In this document: positions 44,592 to 55,114 of the stretch, piece by piece | Position numbering within the stretch: the first letter of the stretch is position 1 | Layout of the letters: each line of letters starts with the position of its first letter | DNA from: Oscillospiraceae bacterium | GTDB lineage: Bacteria; Bacillota; Clostridia; Monoglobales; WRAG01 | Reading direction: 5' to 3' | Assembly (NCBI GenBank): GCA_009780345.1 | Contig: WRAG01000005.1 | Coordinates: 2,377-66,376, forward strand | DNA: 64,000 nt | Position numbers and translations under genes: made by a program | The notes under the pieces: model-generated | Database searches by the model: none | Seen by the model: the letters and a program-made list of their open reading frames with translations, nothing else | What the model was told of the DNA's origin: nothing

Positions 44592-45713
44592 TCAATTTTC
44601 CCCCGCCGCTTTATAAAGCCGATTTCGAACCGCCGCCCACATTCCGTTTTCCGGAATTTTCGGCGCGTATATCAAATCAACCTCAAGCGTATCAAATTTG
44701 CGCAACTTTCCAAACAAATTCCGCGCGGCGGATTCAGCGTCGTTCACGCTTCCAAGCGATAGAACGTACTTAACTCCCACAAACTCGTCCAAATATTCGT
44801 CAAAAATCAGAACTCCAACTTTCCCGCCTTGATTCCTGATGTTTTCAGCGTTTTCTAAGATGTCGCATATTATAATTTTCGCGTTCGGCGCGTAATGTTT
44901 ATATTTCATGCCGGGCGAAGCGGGTTTATCGTTACTTTCTATTTTCGTAACTACATCTACCTGCCCAATCACCGCCTCGATTTCCTCACGACTCACGCCG
45001 CCGGGTCGAAGTATAATCGGAACTTCCCGCGTCATATCGATTACCGTGCTTTCCAGTCCAACGTCGCAGCTTCCGCCGTCAATAATCACGTCAACTTTTC
45101 CGAAAAGATCGTGTTTTACGTGTTCAAACGCCGTCGGGCTCGGCTTTCCCGAAACATTCGCGCTCGGCGCGGCAATCGGAACTCCCGCCGCGCGTATAAG
45201 CTCTAACGCAATCTCGTTCGCCGGCATACGCACCGCAACCGTGTCAAGACCCGCCGTAACTATGTCGGGGACACACGCTTGCCGCTTCAATATAAGCGTC
45301 AACGGCCCGCCCCAAAATTGATCCATCAACAGTTTCGCCGCCTCGCTAACTTCGCGCGCGACTTTGTAAACATCATCCCGTTCGGCAATATGCACTATCA
45401 GCGGATTATCGCTCGGGCGCCCCTTTGCGGCGAATATCTTCGCCACAGCCGCCTCGTCTAGCGCGTTCGCGCCCAATCCGTACACCGTTTCGGTCGGAAA
45501 CGCAACCGTCCCGCTGTTGCGGAGGATTTTCGCCGCATTTTTAATATCAAAATTACTTGAATATAAAATTTGCGTTTTCGAATACAAATTAGATTTATTA
45601 GATTTAACAAGCCAAACAATTAGAAGCACTATCAAAGATATGGGGATGCCATAGACTATAAAGAACAATCCAAAAAACATTACATTAGTTTCCATAGCTC
45701 CCATTTCAGTCAC
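44592..45713 (-). CDS. tsaC: L-threonylcarbamoyladenylate synthase (Sua5/YwlC/TsaC type) with an unusual N-terminal hydrophobic extension
   Basis: FPTETVYGLGANALDEAAVAKIFAAKGRPSDNPLIVHI, WGGPLTLIL, VAVRMP and a Sua5 C-terminal domain (ILRPGGVSREEIE) are present. The first ~45 aa (..FFGLFFIVYGIPISLIVLLIVWLV..) are not part of the usual family. Confidence 0.8.
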   Translation of the reverse strand: MTEMGAMETNVMFFGLFFIVYGIPISLIVLLIVWLVKSNKSNLYSKTQILYSSNFDIKNAAKILRNSGTVAFPTETVYGLGANALDEAAVAKIFAAKGRPSDNPLIVHIAERDDVYKVAREVSEAAKLLMDQFWGGPLTLILKRQACVPDIVTAGLDTVAVRMPANEIALELIRAAGVPIAAPSANVSGKPSPTAFEHVKHDLFGKVDVIIDGGSCDVGLESTVIDMTREVPIILRPGGVSREEIEAVIGQVDVVTKIESNDKPASPGMKYKHYAPNAKIIICDILENAENIRNQGGKVGVLIFDEYLDEFVGVKYVLSLGSVNDAESAARNLFGKLRKFDTLEVDLIYAPKIPENGMWAAVRNRLYKAAGEN

Positions 45714-45715
45714 TC

Positions 45716-46035
45716 CTTTTTTGCGCCGGCGGACGCGGGCTTTTTTGCCGCTGAGACGGCGAGCTTATGTCCTGCCGGACGGGCGGTAAGAGCTCTGCCC
45801 TTACGGTAGGTTTCAACCAATCGAGCGTCGGCAACGAACGCCTTGCTCTCTTGGGAAACCCTCAAGGACGAACCGTTAGCCAAAACAAGTTTTGGACGGT
45901 TCAGCCCCAATCCCGGTCGCCTATGGACGCAAACGCCAAAAAACGGCGATTTGCGCCAAAGCCGGCGACAGAAAAACATTGGTTAACGAGCCGCATTCGC
46001 GGAAAGATTAACAAGATAAAACACCGCGCACCGAC
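45716..46035. repeat. Intergenic mosaic repeat, family A copy 2
   Basis: Collinear with 38283-38650 (blocks listed there). Confidence 0.7.
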
Positions 46036-46040
46036 GCAAC

Positions 46041-47132
46041 TTATTCTTCTATTGTCTTCAACTTCTCCGCCTGATCGGTGGTAGTCAAAGCATCAATAAT
46101 CTCATCTATATCGCCGTTCATAATCGCTTCGATTTTATAAAGCGTCAAGCCGATTCGATGGTCGGTCACACGCCCCTGCGGAAAATTATAGGTGCGAATC
46201 CGCTCGCTTCGATCGCCCGTTCCGACTTGGCTCTTTCTATCCGCCGCAATGGACTCGCTCCGCTCCCGCTCGGCAACTTCATACAGCTTCGAGCGCAGCA
46301 TTTTCATCGCCGCATTCTTATTTTTGCCCTGCGACCGCTCGTCTTGACAAGCGACCACAATCCCGCTCGGAATATGCGTAATCCGAATCGCCGATTCGGT
46401 TTTGTTAACATGCTGTCCGCCCGCGCCGCCCGCACGGTAAGTATCAATCTTCAAATCCTCGGTATTTATGTCGATGTCCACTTCCTCAACCTCGGGAAGC
46501 ACAGCAACCGTAACGGTTGACGTATGAATTCGCCCCTGCGACTCGGTTTCGGGAACCCGCTGAACCCTATGAACGCCGCTTTCGAATTTCAATCGGCTAT
46601 ATGCGCCGTGACCGTTGATCTCAAAGCAAACTTCCTTAAATCCGCCGATTCCGATTTCGCTGGCGCTCAAAATTTCGGTTTTCCACCGACGACTATCGGC
46701 GTACATCGAATACATTCGAAACAAGCTGTTCGCGAACAACGCCGCCTCGTCACCGCCCGCACCGCCGCGAATCTCGACAATAACGTTTTTATCGTCGTTC
46801 GGATCTTTCGGAAGCAAAAGCACCTTCAACTCTTCTTCAAGCGTCTCAATATTGTCCCGCGCGGCGTAAAATTCTTCCTCTGCCATATCGCGGAAGTCCT
46901 TATCCTGCGAAGAATCGTCCATAATCTGACGACTCTCTTCCATAGTTTCAACGTTTTTCTTATACTCGCGATATTTCTCAACGACCGGCGAAATCGCCGA
47001 ATGCTCACGGCAAAGTTTTTGCCACACCTCTTGGTCGGCAATAACATCCGGATCGCTGATTTTTCGTGAAAGTTCCTCATACTGCGTTTCGATAAATGAT
47101 AATTTGTCAAACAATTTTTTCACCACTTTCAA
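46041..47132 (-). CDS. prfA: Peptide chain release factor 1
   Basis: A PET tripeptide context ([17 protein letters not shown]) and the GGQ motif ([35 protein letters not shown]) are present. Confidence 0.9.
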   Translation of the reverse strand: MKVVKKLFDKLSFIETQYEELSRKISDPDVIADQEVWQKLCREHSAISPVVEKYREYKKNVETMEESRQIMDDSSQDKDFRDMAEEEFYAARDNIETLEEELKVLLLPKDPNDDKNVIVEIRGGAGGDEAALFANSLFRMYSMYADSRRWKTEILSASEIGIGGFKEVCFEINGHGAYSRLKFESGVHRVQRVPETESQGRIHTSTVTVAVLPEVEEVDIDINTEDLKIDTYRAGGAGGQHVNKTESAIRITHIPSGIVVACQDERSQGKNKNAAMKMLRSKLYEVAERERSESIAADRKSQVGTGDRSERIRTYNFPQGRVTDHRIGLTLYKIEAIMNGDIDEIIDALTTTDQAEKLKTIEE

Positions 47133-47572
47133 AAATTAAATTTCACTTTGTCAAGGACTAGCCCTTGACAATCCCACAAGTTTTTGCGCGCCAAAAACTT
47201 GATCAAAACCGCCGCGCTCATGCACGTGCTTAAAAACCAAGCACACATGGCGCGGAAGCAAGTACAAACAACTCGCCCCTACCACAAAACATCTCGCGCT
47301 TTTAGGCGCGGGTCGCTCTCAAATTGAAGCAGCGTTTGTACACACCAATCTTTCCGCGAACGCGGCTCGCTAACTTTTGTCGCCCTCATGCCAGACGGGG
47401 CACCCGCCCGACGCTTTTTGTCGGGAAGGGTCGGCGGCATAGCGGCGACGGTTTTGTAAAACTTTTGCCGTCAAAAGTTTTTTGGGGATTGACAAGGGTG
47501 TCAATACACCCTTGTCGTCCTGCCCTGACAAGGGCAAATGCAGCGGCGACTCGCTCTGAAAAAAGGTTCGCC
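47133..47572. repeat. Intergenic mosaic repeat, family B copy 2 (a composite of modules seen at 39305-39676 and 53524-53765)
   Basis: A 69-bp block at 47473-47541 is identical to 53655-53723. About 235 bp (47338-47575) is collinear with 53524-53765. The 5' part matches 39361-39427. Confidence 0.75.
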
Positions 47573-48683
47573 CTAAACGCCCTGCGCAGCAGCCTTCAAA
47601 TACGCATTAATAAACCCGTCCAAATCGCCGTCCATCACCGCGCCGGTGTTGCCCATTTCAAAATTTGTGCGATGGTCCTTGACCATATTATACGGATGAA
47701 AAACATACGACCGAATCTGACTTCCCCACCCGATTTCCATTTGAACGCCTTTGATATCCTCAATTTTCTCTTTTTGCTCCCGCTCGGCAATCTCAACAAG
47801 CTTAGATTTCAACATTTTCATAGCGGTATCACGATTTTTATGCTGCGACCGCTCGCTTTGGCAAGCAACAACAACCCCGCTCGGAATATGCGTAATCCGA
47901 ATCGCCGACTCGGTTTTGTTGACGTGCTGCCCACCCGCGCCGCTCGCGCGGTAGGTGTCAACCTTTAAATCCTCGGGATTGATATTGATTTCAATATCAT
48001 CATCAATCTCCGGCATAACGTCTACCGACGCGAACGACGTATGCCGCCGCCCTGATGAATCAAACGGGGAAATCCGCACCAATCGATGAACACCCTTTTC
48101 GCACCGCGCGTAACCATAAGCGTTCAGTCCTTCAACCTGAATGGTAACGCTCTTCACACCCGCTTCCTCGCCGTCGAGATAGTCAAGCGTCGTCACCTTA
48201 AACCCCCGACGTTCCGCCCAGCGCGTGTACATTCTAAGCAACATTTCACACCAATCTTGCGCCTCGGTTCCGCCCGCACCCGAATGAAGCGTAATAATCG
48301 CGCTATTCTTATCATACGCGCCTGTAAGCAGCGTTTCAAGCCGCATATTCTCCAAATCATCAGTCAATTTCCTAAATCCGGCTTTAACTTCAGGCAAAAC
48401 GCTCTCGTCACTTTCCTCAATTGCCAACAAAACAAGAGTGGAAATATCTTCCCACTCTGATTTAAGCGCGTCAAACCGCGCAACTTTATCTTTCAAACCT
48501 TTAATCTGTTGCATAACACGGCTCGCCGCTTCCATATCGTTGTAAAAATCCGATTGCATGGAAACCTCTTCAAGCCGCAACGTTTCCGCCTCAGTCGCTT
48601 CTATGTTAAAGTGAATCCCTCAAATCGTTAATTTCACTTTCCATTCCGTCGAGTTTTAGTCGAATATCGTTGAATTCCAGCAT
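47573..48683 (-). CDS. prfB: Peptide chain release factor 2, with a programmed +1 frameshift
   Basis: ORF0 is ATG(48683)...GAT TCA CTT TAA C. A +1 shift after CTT (48609-48611) continues as NIEATEAETLRLEEV... into the 335-aa track ORF. The SPF motif (RISPFDSSGRRHTS) and the GGQ motif are present. An SD-like GAGGGA lies 3 nt before CTT. Confidence 0.85.
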
Positions 48684-48721
48684 TTTTTCACTTCCTTGAA
48701 ATAATATTTCATTTTAAAACC

Positions 48722-49088
48722 CTTTTTCAGAGCGAGGCTCTGTGGGCATATGACCTGCCGGTCGGGCATTAAGGGCTCTACCCTTAATAATCCCGGTCGC
48801 CTGGCGGTCACAAACGCCAAAAACACGATTTGTGCCGCAAGCGGCGACAGAAAAACCGGGTTAGCGAACCGCGTTCGCGGAAAGATTAGTAAGATAAGCC
48901 GCCGCTCTCAACCATAATTTTGTGGTTAGAGAAGGGAGGCAGATTGCCGACCGCCTGATTTTCGTCAGCCCTTGAAAAATTTTTTGAAGCGAAGCGACAA
49001 AAAATTTTAAAATACCCCACTCCACCCGAGGCACTCCGCTTCAATGCAGTAGCCCCCCGCGCCCGCGGAGGGTCATAGGGCATTCGCC
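48722..49088. repeat. Intergenic mosaic repeat (short family A copy 3 plus additional modules)
   Basis: 48722-48900 has the family A blocks 1, 3, 4 and 5 but lacks the middle block. 49055-49091 carries CCGCGGAGGGT..TTCGCCCTA, as seen next to glyQS. Confidence 0.65.
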
Positions 49089-51863
49089 CTATTCCTCCTC
49101 TAACCCACAACACTTCTTATATTTCTTCCCGCTGCCACAGGGGCAAGGGTCATTCCGTCCAACTTTTTCTTTCTTCACAATCGGCTTTTTCTCCACCGTT
49201 TTATCGCTCGCGCCGCCAAAGCTAAGTCCCGCGCGCCCTGCAAACATAGGTCTTGCAACCGCTTTCCGCTCAATCTCGCTTTGCGGCTGCGCTTTAAATA
49301 TAAACCTAACGGTATCTTCCTTAATGTTATAAACCATTTCCTCGAACATATCCATGCCCTCGAACTTATATTCCACAACCGGATCTCGCTGCGCATAGGC
49401 GCGCAGGTTAATCCCCTGACGCAACTGCTCCATTCCGTCAATATGCGCCATCCATTTTTGGTCTACCATTCGAAGCAAGATAACCCGCTCAAGCTCCCGC
49501 ATATTTTCGCCGAATAACTCTTCTTTAGCATCATATTGGCGGTTTATAATTTCCATAATATTCTCACGCAACCACGCGCGGTCCATGTAATCCATCTCAT
49601 GCCCGCTGAATTTCAACTCGTCATCTTCAAAGGGCATAAATATAGTCTGCAAATGTTCACGCAATCCCACGAAATCCCAATCTTCCGCGTGTGACGCCTC
49701 GCCGGTGTAAATCTCAATGGCTTTATCAACTACAGACCCCGCCATATTAAGGATATTATCCCGCAAATTCTCGCCCTCAAGCACAGAATTCCGCTGTTTG
49801 TATATCATTTCACGCTGCTGATTATTCACATCGTCATACTGCAAAACATGCTTCCGAATATCAAAGTTTCGTCCCTCAACCCGCTTTTGCGCCGTCTCAA
49901 TAACGCCCGAAACCATGCGGCTTTCAATCGGCTCGTCGTCCGCGACTTTCAAAACATTCATAACGTTCGCGATTCTGTCCGACCCGAACAGACGCATCAA
50001 ATCGTCTTCCAACGATAGGTAAAATCTCGACGTACCTTTATCTCCTTGACGCCCCGCGCGCCCGCGAAGCTGATTATCAATCCGTCGGCTCTCGTGCCGT
50101 TCGGTTCCCATGATGTAAAGCCCGCCCGCTTCAAGCACCTTTTCAACATCCGGCGCGTTCGCGGCTTTATATTTCGCTTCAAGTTCACGAAATTTCGATC
50201 TCGCCTCCAAAATTTCGGCGTCGTCCGTTTCGCTGAACCCTGTTGATTGCGCGATTAACTCATCGCTGTAACCAAGCTTTGCCATTTCCTTTTTCGCCAT
50301 AAATTCGGCGTTTCCGCCAAGCACAATGTCGGTTCCACGCCCCGCCATATTAGTGGCGATTGTAACCGCGCCGCTTTTCCCCGCCTGCGCAACAATTTCC
50401 GCCTCTTTTTCATGGAATTTAGCGTTCAAAACCTCATGCTTAATCCCGCGGCGTTTAAGCATAGATGATAACTGCTCCGACTTCTCAATCGAAATGGTAC
50501 CAATCAAAACAGGCTGTCCTTTCTTGTGCGCCGCCTCAACTTCGTCAATCACCGCGTTAAATTTCGCAATCTCATTTTTATAGATAACATCCGCAAAATC
50601 CTCACGCGCAAGATCCTTGTTCGTCGGAATTACGATAACGTCCAGCTTGTAAATCTCTTGAAACTCGTCTTCTTCCGTCTGTGCCGTTCCCGTCATGCCC
50701 GACAGTTTCTCATACAACCTAAAATAATTCTGAAACGTAATGGTCGCAAGGGTTCTGCTCTCGTTTTCAACTTTTACTCGCTCTTTCGCCTCAATCGCCT
50801 GGTGCAAACCGTCGCTGTACCGTCGCCCGAACATCATACGCCCGGTAAACTCGTCAACAATAACGATTTGACCGTCTTTCACGACATAATCAACGTCTTT
50901 TTTCATGAATCCGTTCGCCTTAATCGCCTGATTGATATGATGCGAAAGCGTCAAGTTCTCAGGATCGGTAAGATTTTCAACATTAAACGCGGCTTCCGCT
51001 TTTTTGACGCCCCTAGGCGTAAGTGTCGCGCTTCGCGACTTTTCGTCAACAACATAATCAACGTCGGCATGAACTTCCTCATCGTCAGCCTTCGAATCGG
51101 TTTCAACCACCTTTTTATGCTTCAAAGTTTTCGCGAATCTATCCGCCTGCTCGTATAAAACGTTCGCTTTATCGCCCTGCCCGGAAATAATAAGCGGCGT
51201 TCTCGCCTCGTCCACCAAAATGCTGTCAACCTCATCGACAATCGCGTAATAATGCCCGCGCTGAACCTTTTGATCCTTATAAATTACCATATTATCACGA
51301 AGATAGTCAAATCCCATCTCGTTATTGGTTCCGTAAGTAATATCGGCGCCATAATTCGCCTTCCGCTCTTCCGGTTTTATATCATGGATTATCAATCCAA
51401 CGCTTAGTCCAAGGAAAGTATAAACTTTCCCCATCCACTCACTATCACGCTTAGCAAGGTAGTCATTCACCGTTACAACGTGAACTCCTCTGCCGGTCAA
51501 CGCGTTAAGATACGCCGGCAAAGTTGCGACCAACGTTTTACCTTCTCCCGTTTTCATCTCGGCAATTCTGCCTTGATGCAAAACAATCCCGCCGATAATT
51601 TGCACAAAGAAGTGCTTCATACCAAGCGCGCGCCACGACGCCTCGCGGCACACCGCGAACGCCTCAGGCAATATATCGTCAAGAGTTTCGCCCGCGTGCA
51701 ACCGCGCTTTAAACGCAGAGGTCATGGCACGCAATTCGCTGTCCGATTTTTGTTCCATAACCGATTCAAACTCCATAACTTTATTAGCGATAGGAATAAT
51801 CCGCTTTAATTCCCTATCACTATATGTTCCTACAAATTTTTCAACCATACTTTTGATACTCAT
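49089..51863 (-). CDS. secA: Preprotein translocase ATPase SecA
   Basis: [49 protein letters not shown] and a C-terminal zinc finger ([14 protein letters not shown]) are present. Confidence 0.95.
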   Translation of the reverse strand: MSIKSMVEKFVGTYSDRELKRIIPIANKVMEFESVMEQKSDSELRAMTSAFKARLHAGETLDDILPEAFAVCREASWRALGMKHFFVQIIGGIVLHQGRIAEMKTGEGKTLVATLPAYLNALTGRGVHVVTVNDYLAKRDSEWMGKVYTFLGLSVGLIIHDIKPEERKANYGADITYGTNNEMGFDYLRDNMVIYKDQKVQRGHYYAIVDEVDSILVDEARTPLIISGQGDKANVLYEQADRFAKTLKHKKVVETDSKADDEEVHADVDYVVDEKSRSATLTPRGVKKAEAAFNVENLTDPENLTLSHHINQAIKANGFMKKDVDYVVKDGQIVIVDEFTGRMMFGRRYSDGLHQAIEAKERVKVENESRTLATITFQNYFRLYEKLSGMTGTAQTEEDEFQEIYKLDVIVIPTNKDLAREDFADVIYKNEIAKFNAVIDEVEAAHKKGQPVLIGTISIEKSEQLSSMLKRRGIKHEVLNAKFHEKEAEIVAQAGKSGAVTIATNMAGRGTDIVLGGNAEFMAKKEMAKLGYSDELIAQSTGFSETDDAEILEARSKFRELEAKYKAANAPDVEKVLEAGGLYIMGTERHESRRIDNQLRGRAGRQGDKGTSRFYLSLEDDLMRLFGSDRIANVMNVLKVADDEPIESRMVSGVIETAQKRVEGRNFDIRKHVLQYDDVNNQQREMIYKQRNSVLEGENLRDNILNMAGSVVDKAIEIYTGEASHAEDWDFVGLREHLQTIFMPFEDDELKFSGHEMDYMDRAWLRENIMEIINRQYDAKEELFGENMRELERVILLRMVDQKWMAHIDGMEQLRQGINLRAYAQRDPVVEYKFEGMDMFEEMVYNIKEDTVRFIFKAQPQSEIERKAVARPMFAGRAGLSFGGASDKTVEKKPIVKKEKVGRNDPCPCGSGKKYKKCCGLEEE

Positions 51864-52049
51864 ATCGTCGCAACACCCTTCACTTATTCGTTTTGTGGCA
51901 AAAGGCGCCCCAAAAGCTCATTAGCTTCGGGGTTGCTCCTCTTTCCCAAAAAATCAGAGCTTAAGCTCAAACTTTTTGGGAGCCCTAACCGCTAGCGCGG
52001 TTTATGCCTCCAACTTTAGTAGTATACCACGTTTGGAAAAATAATGCAA

Positions 52050-52078
52050 CAAAAAAGTGGGCATAGCCCACTTTTGTT
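52050..52078 (-). terminator. Rho-independent terminator after abrB
   Basis: On the minus strand, AAAGTGGGC-TAT-GCCCACTTT is followed by TTTGTTG. Confidence 0.6.
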
Positions 52079-52091
52079 TACAATCTCTTAA

Positions 52092-52331
52092 TTATTGTTT
52101 CAACTCTTTTTTACATCCGCCGCAAATGTTCTTCCCTTTAAATTGGGTAACATTGTTTCCGTTTCCACAAAATACACAAGTGGGTTCATACTTTTTAAGA
52201 ACAACGCAATTCCCTTCCACAAAAATTTCAAGCGCGTCCTTTTCAGAAACATCAAGCGTTCTTCTAAGCTCGATAGGTAGAACAACACGTCCCAAGCTGT
52301 CCACTTTTCTAACAATCCCCGTAGACTTCAT
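52092..52331 (-). CDS. abrB: AbrB-family transition-state regulator with a Cys-rich C-terminus
   Basis: AGGAGG is the RBS. The product MKSTGIVRKVDSLGRVVLPIELRRTLDVSEKDALEIFVEG..VVLKKY is nearly identical in pattern to the AbrB N-domain. The tail is CVFCG...CGGC. The longer track ORF has no support. Confidence 0.85.
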   Translation of the reverse strand: MKSTGIVRKVDSLGRVVLPIELRRTLDVSEKDALEIFVEGNCVVLKKYEPTCVFCGNGNNVTQFKGKNICGGCKKELKQ

Positions 52332-52559
52332 ACAATCTTTCCTCCTAATAAAATGGCAATATTTTTTTAATTCCTGATCTATTCTACCATAGTATTGCCA
52401 AAAAGTCAACAGGGAAAAAGCTAATTTTTTACATATTATATCAAATATTCCCTTTTTATATTGGAATAGCTTGGTTTGGTTGATAATATTTATTAATGTA
52501 AACAAATTTGTATCAAATTGCATGATTTCACGCAAACCGAAAGGAGGCGTTGTATATTG

Positions 52560-53141
52560 ATGAATTATATCTGGGCGGGACTTATCTTATTATCGTTCGC
52601 AACCGCAGTATTTACAGGCAATCTAGACGCCACAACCGCCGCCGCGTTCGACGGAACCCGCGCGGCAATCGAAATGTGCATTTCTCTCCTCGGAATTATG
52701 GCGCTTTGGACCGGCATAATGAAAATCGGCGAAAAATCTGGGCTAATCGAAAAATTCGCGAAATTGCTATCTCCGCTAACCCGCATACTTTTCCCGAAAC
52801 TCAAAAAAAATTCCGCCGCAATGAACGCCATCGTAATGAATATGATGGCAAACATGCTCGGAATGAGTAACGCGGCAACTCCGCTGGGACTCAAAGCAAT
52901 GACCGAACTCGATAAACTCAACAACGGCTCAAAAGTCGCGTCAAACGAAATGGTCATGTTCGTTGTGATAAATACCGCGTCGATACAGCTTATTCCATCA
53001 ACGTTAATCGCGTTGCGTTTAAACGCAGGCTCGGCGAATCCCGGCGAAATTATCGTTCCGATATGGATTGCAAGCTTAGCGACACTCATCGTCGGCGTAA
53101 CCTGCGTGAAAATTTTTCAACGGATTAAACGAAGCACGTAG
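52560..53141 (+). CDS. spmA: Spore maturation protein A (nucleoside-recognition-domain membrane protein)
   Basis: GAAAGGAGG is the RBS. The product reads MNYIWAGLILLSFATAVFTG...IEMCISLLGIMALWTGIMKIGEKSGLIEKFAKLLSPL. Confidence 0.8.
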   Translation: MNYIWAGLILLSFATAVFTGNLDATTAAAFDGTRAAIEMCISLLGIMALWTGIMKIGEKSGLIEKFAKLLSPLTRILFPKLKKNSAAMNAIVMNMMANMLGMSNAATPLGLKAMTELDKLNNGSKVASNEMVMFVVINTASIQLIPSTLIALRLNAGSANPGEIIVPIWIASLATLIVGVTCVKIFQRIKRST

Positions 53142-53781
53142 GACGGCTTTTTTGCGTTGACAAGCGCGGCTTAAAACCATTTTAGGGTATGCTTAGGGCA
53201 TAACCGCCAAGGGTGTTGGAACGGCAAAAAGCGCCGTTGAAACGGTATAAGGTAATTGCCACGCGCTAAAGCGCGGGCTACCGTTACCGAACACCCTTAT
53301 CAATCCCCGAAAATTTTTTCACAAAAATGATGAAACTCCTCGCACAAGACGCTTCGGAGGGCTAAATCTCTAAGCATTAAACTGCTAAGAAATTTATGCC
53401 AACCTTGCGGCGCACACGCGCTATAGCGCTATCGTAAACGCGCCGCTAAAAGATGTGCAAACATCTACGTATTAGTCAAGTACTTACGGCGGCAAAAGCC
53501 GCAGTCTCACTGAAACTGTATTAGTACACACTAATCTTTCCGCGAATGCGGTTCGCCATACTTTTTCGAATTCATACGCCAGGCGGGGTACCCGTTCGTC
53601 GTTTTTTGACGAATGGGTCGACGGCGTTGAATGAGGTTTTGGTAAAACTTTTTTAAAAGTTTTTTGGGGATTGACAAGGGTGTCAATACACCCTTGTCGT
53701 CCTGCCCTGACAAGGGCAAATGCCACAGCGACTTCGCTGAAAAAAGGGTTCTAGGGTAACGCCCTAACGAAAGGAGCCACC
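53142..53781. repeat. Intergenic mosaic repeat block (family B copy 3 plus other modules) separating spmA from spmB
   Basis: 53524-53765 is collinear with 47338-47575, including a 69-bp identical block. 53250-53290 is the reverse complement of a module at 43055-43095. Confidence 0.75.
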
Positions 53782-54303
53782 ATGCAATACATATCCACTT
53801 TCGCCGTCCCAATCATGCTGTGCGGAATTATCTGTTACGGCTTATTTAAGCGCGTAAACGTATACGAAACCTTTATCGACGGCGCAATGGACGGAATCAA
53901 AAGTTTAGTCAAAATTATCGCGCCGCTCATCGGTTTAATGGTGTCCATTTCAGTTTTCCGCGCCTCGGGATTGCTTGATCTTTTCACTTACGCCCTAACT
54001 CCGGTAACTAACCTTATAAACATGCCGGGCGATATATTGCCCCTCGCCCTTCTTCGCCCCATTTCAGGAAGCGGCTCGCTCGCAATCGTCAGCGATATAT
54101 ACCAAACCGCCGGACCCGATTCAATCTCAGGCAGAATCGCGTCGGTCATGATGGGCGCAAGCGAAACCACATTCTATACTTTGACGGTATACTTTGGAAG
54201 CGTTGGAATCCGAAAAGTACGTCACACCTTAAAAGCCGCGCTCTTCTCCGATTTAACCGCGATTATCGCGTCGGTCATAGTCGTGCAACTTCTGCTACGC
54301 TAA
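53782..54303 (+). CDS. spmB: Spore maturation protein B
   Basis: MQYISTFAVPIMLCGIICYGLFKRVNVYETFIDGAMDGIKSLVKIIAPLIGLMVSISVFRASGLLD... GAAAGGAG is the RBS. Confidence 0.8.
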   Translation: MQYISTFAVPIMLCGIICYGLFKRVNVYETFIDGAMDGIKSLVKIIAPLIGLMVSISVFRASGLLDLFTYALTPVTNLINMPGDILPLALLRPISGSGSLAIVSDIYQTAGPDSISGRIASVMMGASETTFYTLTVYFGSVGIRKVRHTLKAALFSDLTAIIASVIVVQLLLR

Positions 54304-54567
54304 CATTTTCCCCACAAAATAATCGCATAGTACATCTCTAAGCGATACCGCCAAAACCGTATGATTCGCAAGAATCATCACAAACTCTTCGGCACAGCTT
54401 TGCGTCGGAAAAATATCATACACAACGTCAACAACAGCTTCTTCAACTTTTCCGTCAGGCCCGAATTCACAAATCCCAACGCCGAAAGCTTTCCCCTCAA
54501 CCACAAAATACTCGACATTTAAACCGTCAACTTCCTCCATTCTAAAATATACTTTTTTTGTTTCCAT
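54295..54567 (-). CDS. Hypothetical small protein
   Basis: A 90-aa ORF with ordinary codon usage, convergent with spmB. No motif was recognised. Confidence 0.4.
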   Translation of the reverse strand: METKKVYFRMEEVDGLNVEYFVVEGKAFGVGICEFGPDGKVEEAVVDVVYDIFPTQSCAEEFVMILANHTVLAVSLRDVLCDYFVGKMLA

Positions 54568-54876
54568 AACGGGTAATTCCTTTCTTCATTTTATTTTCAT
54601 TTATAATTATTTTTAATAATATTCGTCCCACCATAATCACACACTTTGTTAAACAGGAGGGAACATGATAATATCACAACGCCGTAACCCCTGTCAACAT
54701 TAATTTTTCCCACATTTCATCTCCATCGCAATTTTCGCCATAATTCGACAAATAGAATGTCGCTTTGATACGATTCGCGGAAATTTGCCCTATTATTTTA
54801 GGGGAAAATCCCCTGAATCAATAGGGCTGTTGCCCCTATCATGATAATATGTAAATCTAATAGAGGTGATTGTGTT

Positions 54877-55110
54877 ATGAGCAAACTAAAAGAACTACGA
54901 AAAGAAAAAGGCTATTCGCAAATTCAAGTTCAAATGAAAATAGGAATCGACCAAAGTGAATATTCGAAAATGGAACGCGGCGTTCGAAATTTAAGTTACG
55001 AAAATTGCCGCCTGTTAGCTGTGCTGTTCGGCACAAGCATGGATTACCTGGCTGGCTTAACTGACGTGAAAGAACCATACCCCCGCGCCGACAATATCAT
55101 AGAAATATAG
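54877..55110 (+). CDS. XRE-family HTH transcriptional regulator
   Basis: MSKLKELRKEKGYSQIQVQMKIGIDQSEYSKMERGVRNLSYENCRLLAVLFGTSMDYLAGLTD. Confidence 0.75.
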   Translation: MSKLKELRKEKGYSQIQVQMKIGIDQSEYSKMERGVRNLSYENCRLLAVLFGTSMDYLAGLTDVKEPYPRADNIIEI

Positions 55111-55114
55111 ATTT

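Noticed and set aside
54790-54832. Nested hairpin (GCCCTATT..AGGGGAaaaTCCCCT..AATAGGGC) upstream of the XRE gene as a riboswitch or sRNA
   Set aside because: It is a single small structure with no conserved motif that I recognise. It is most simply an operator or a terminator for the convergent gene.
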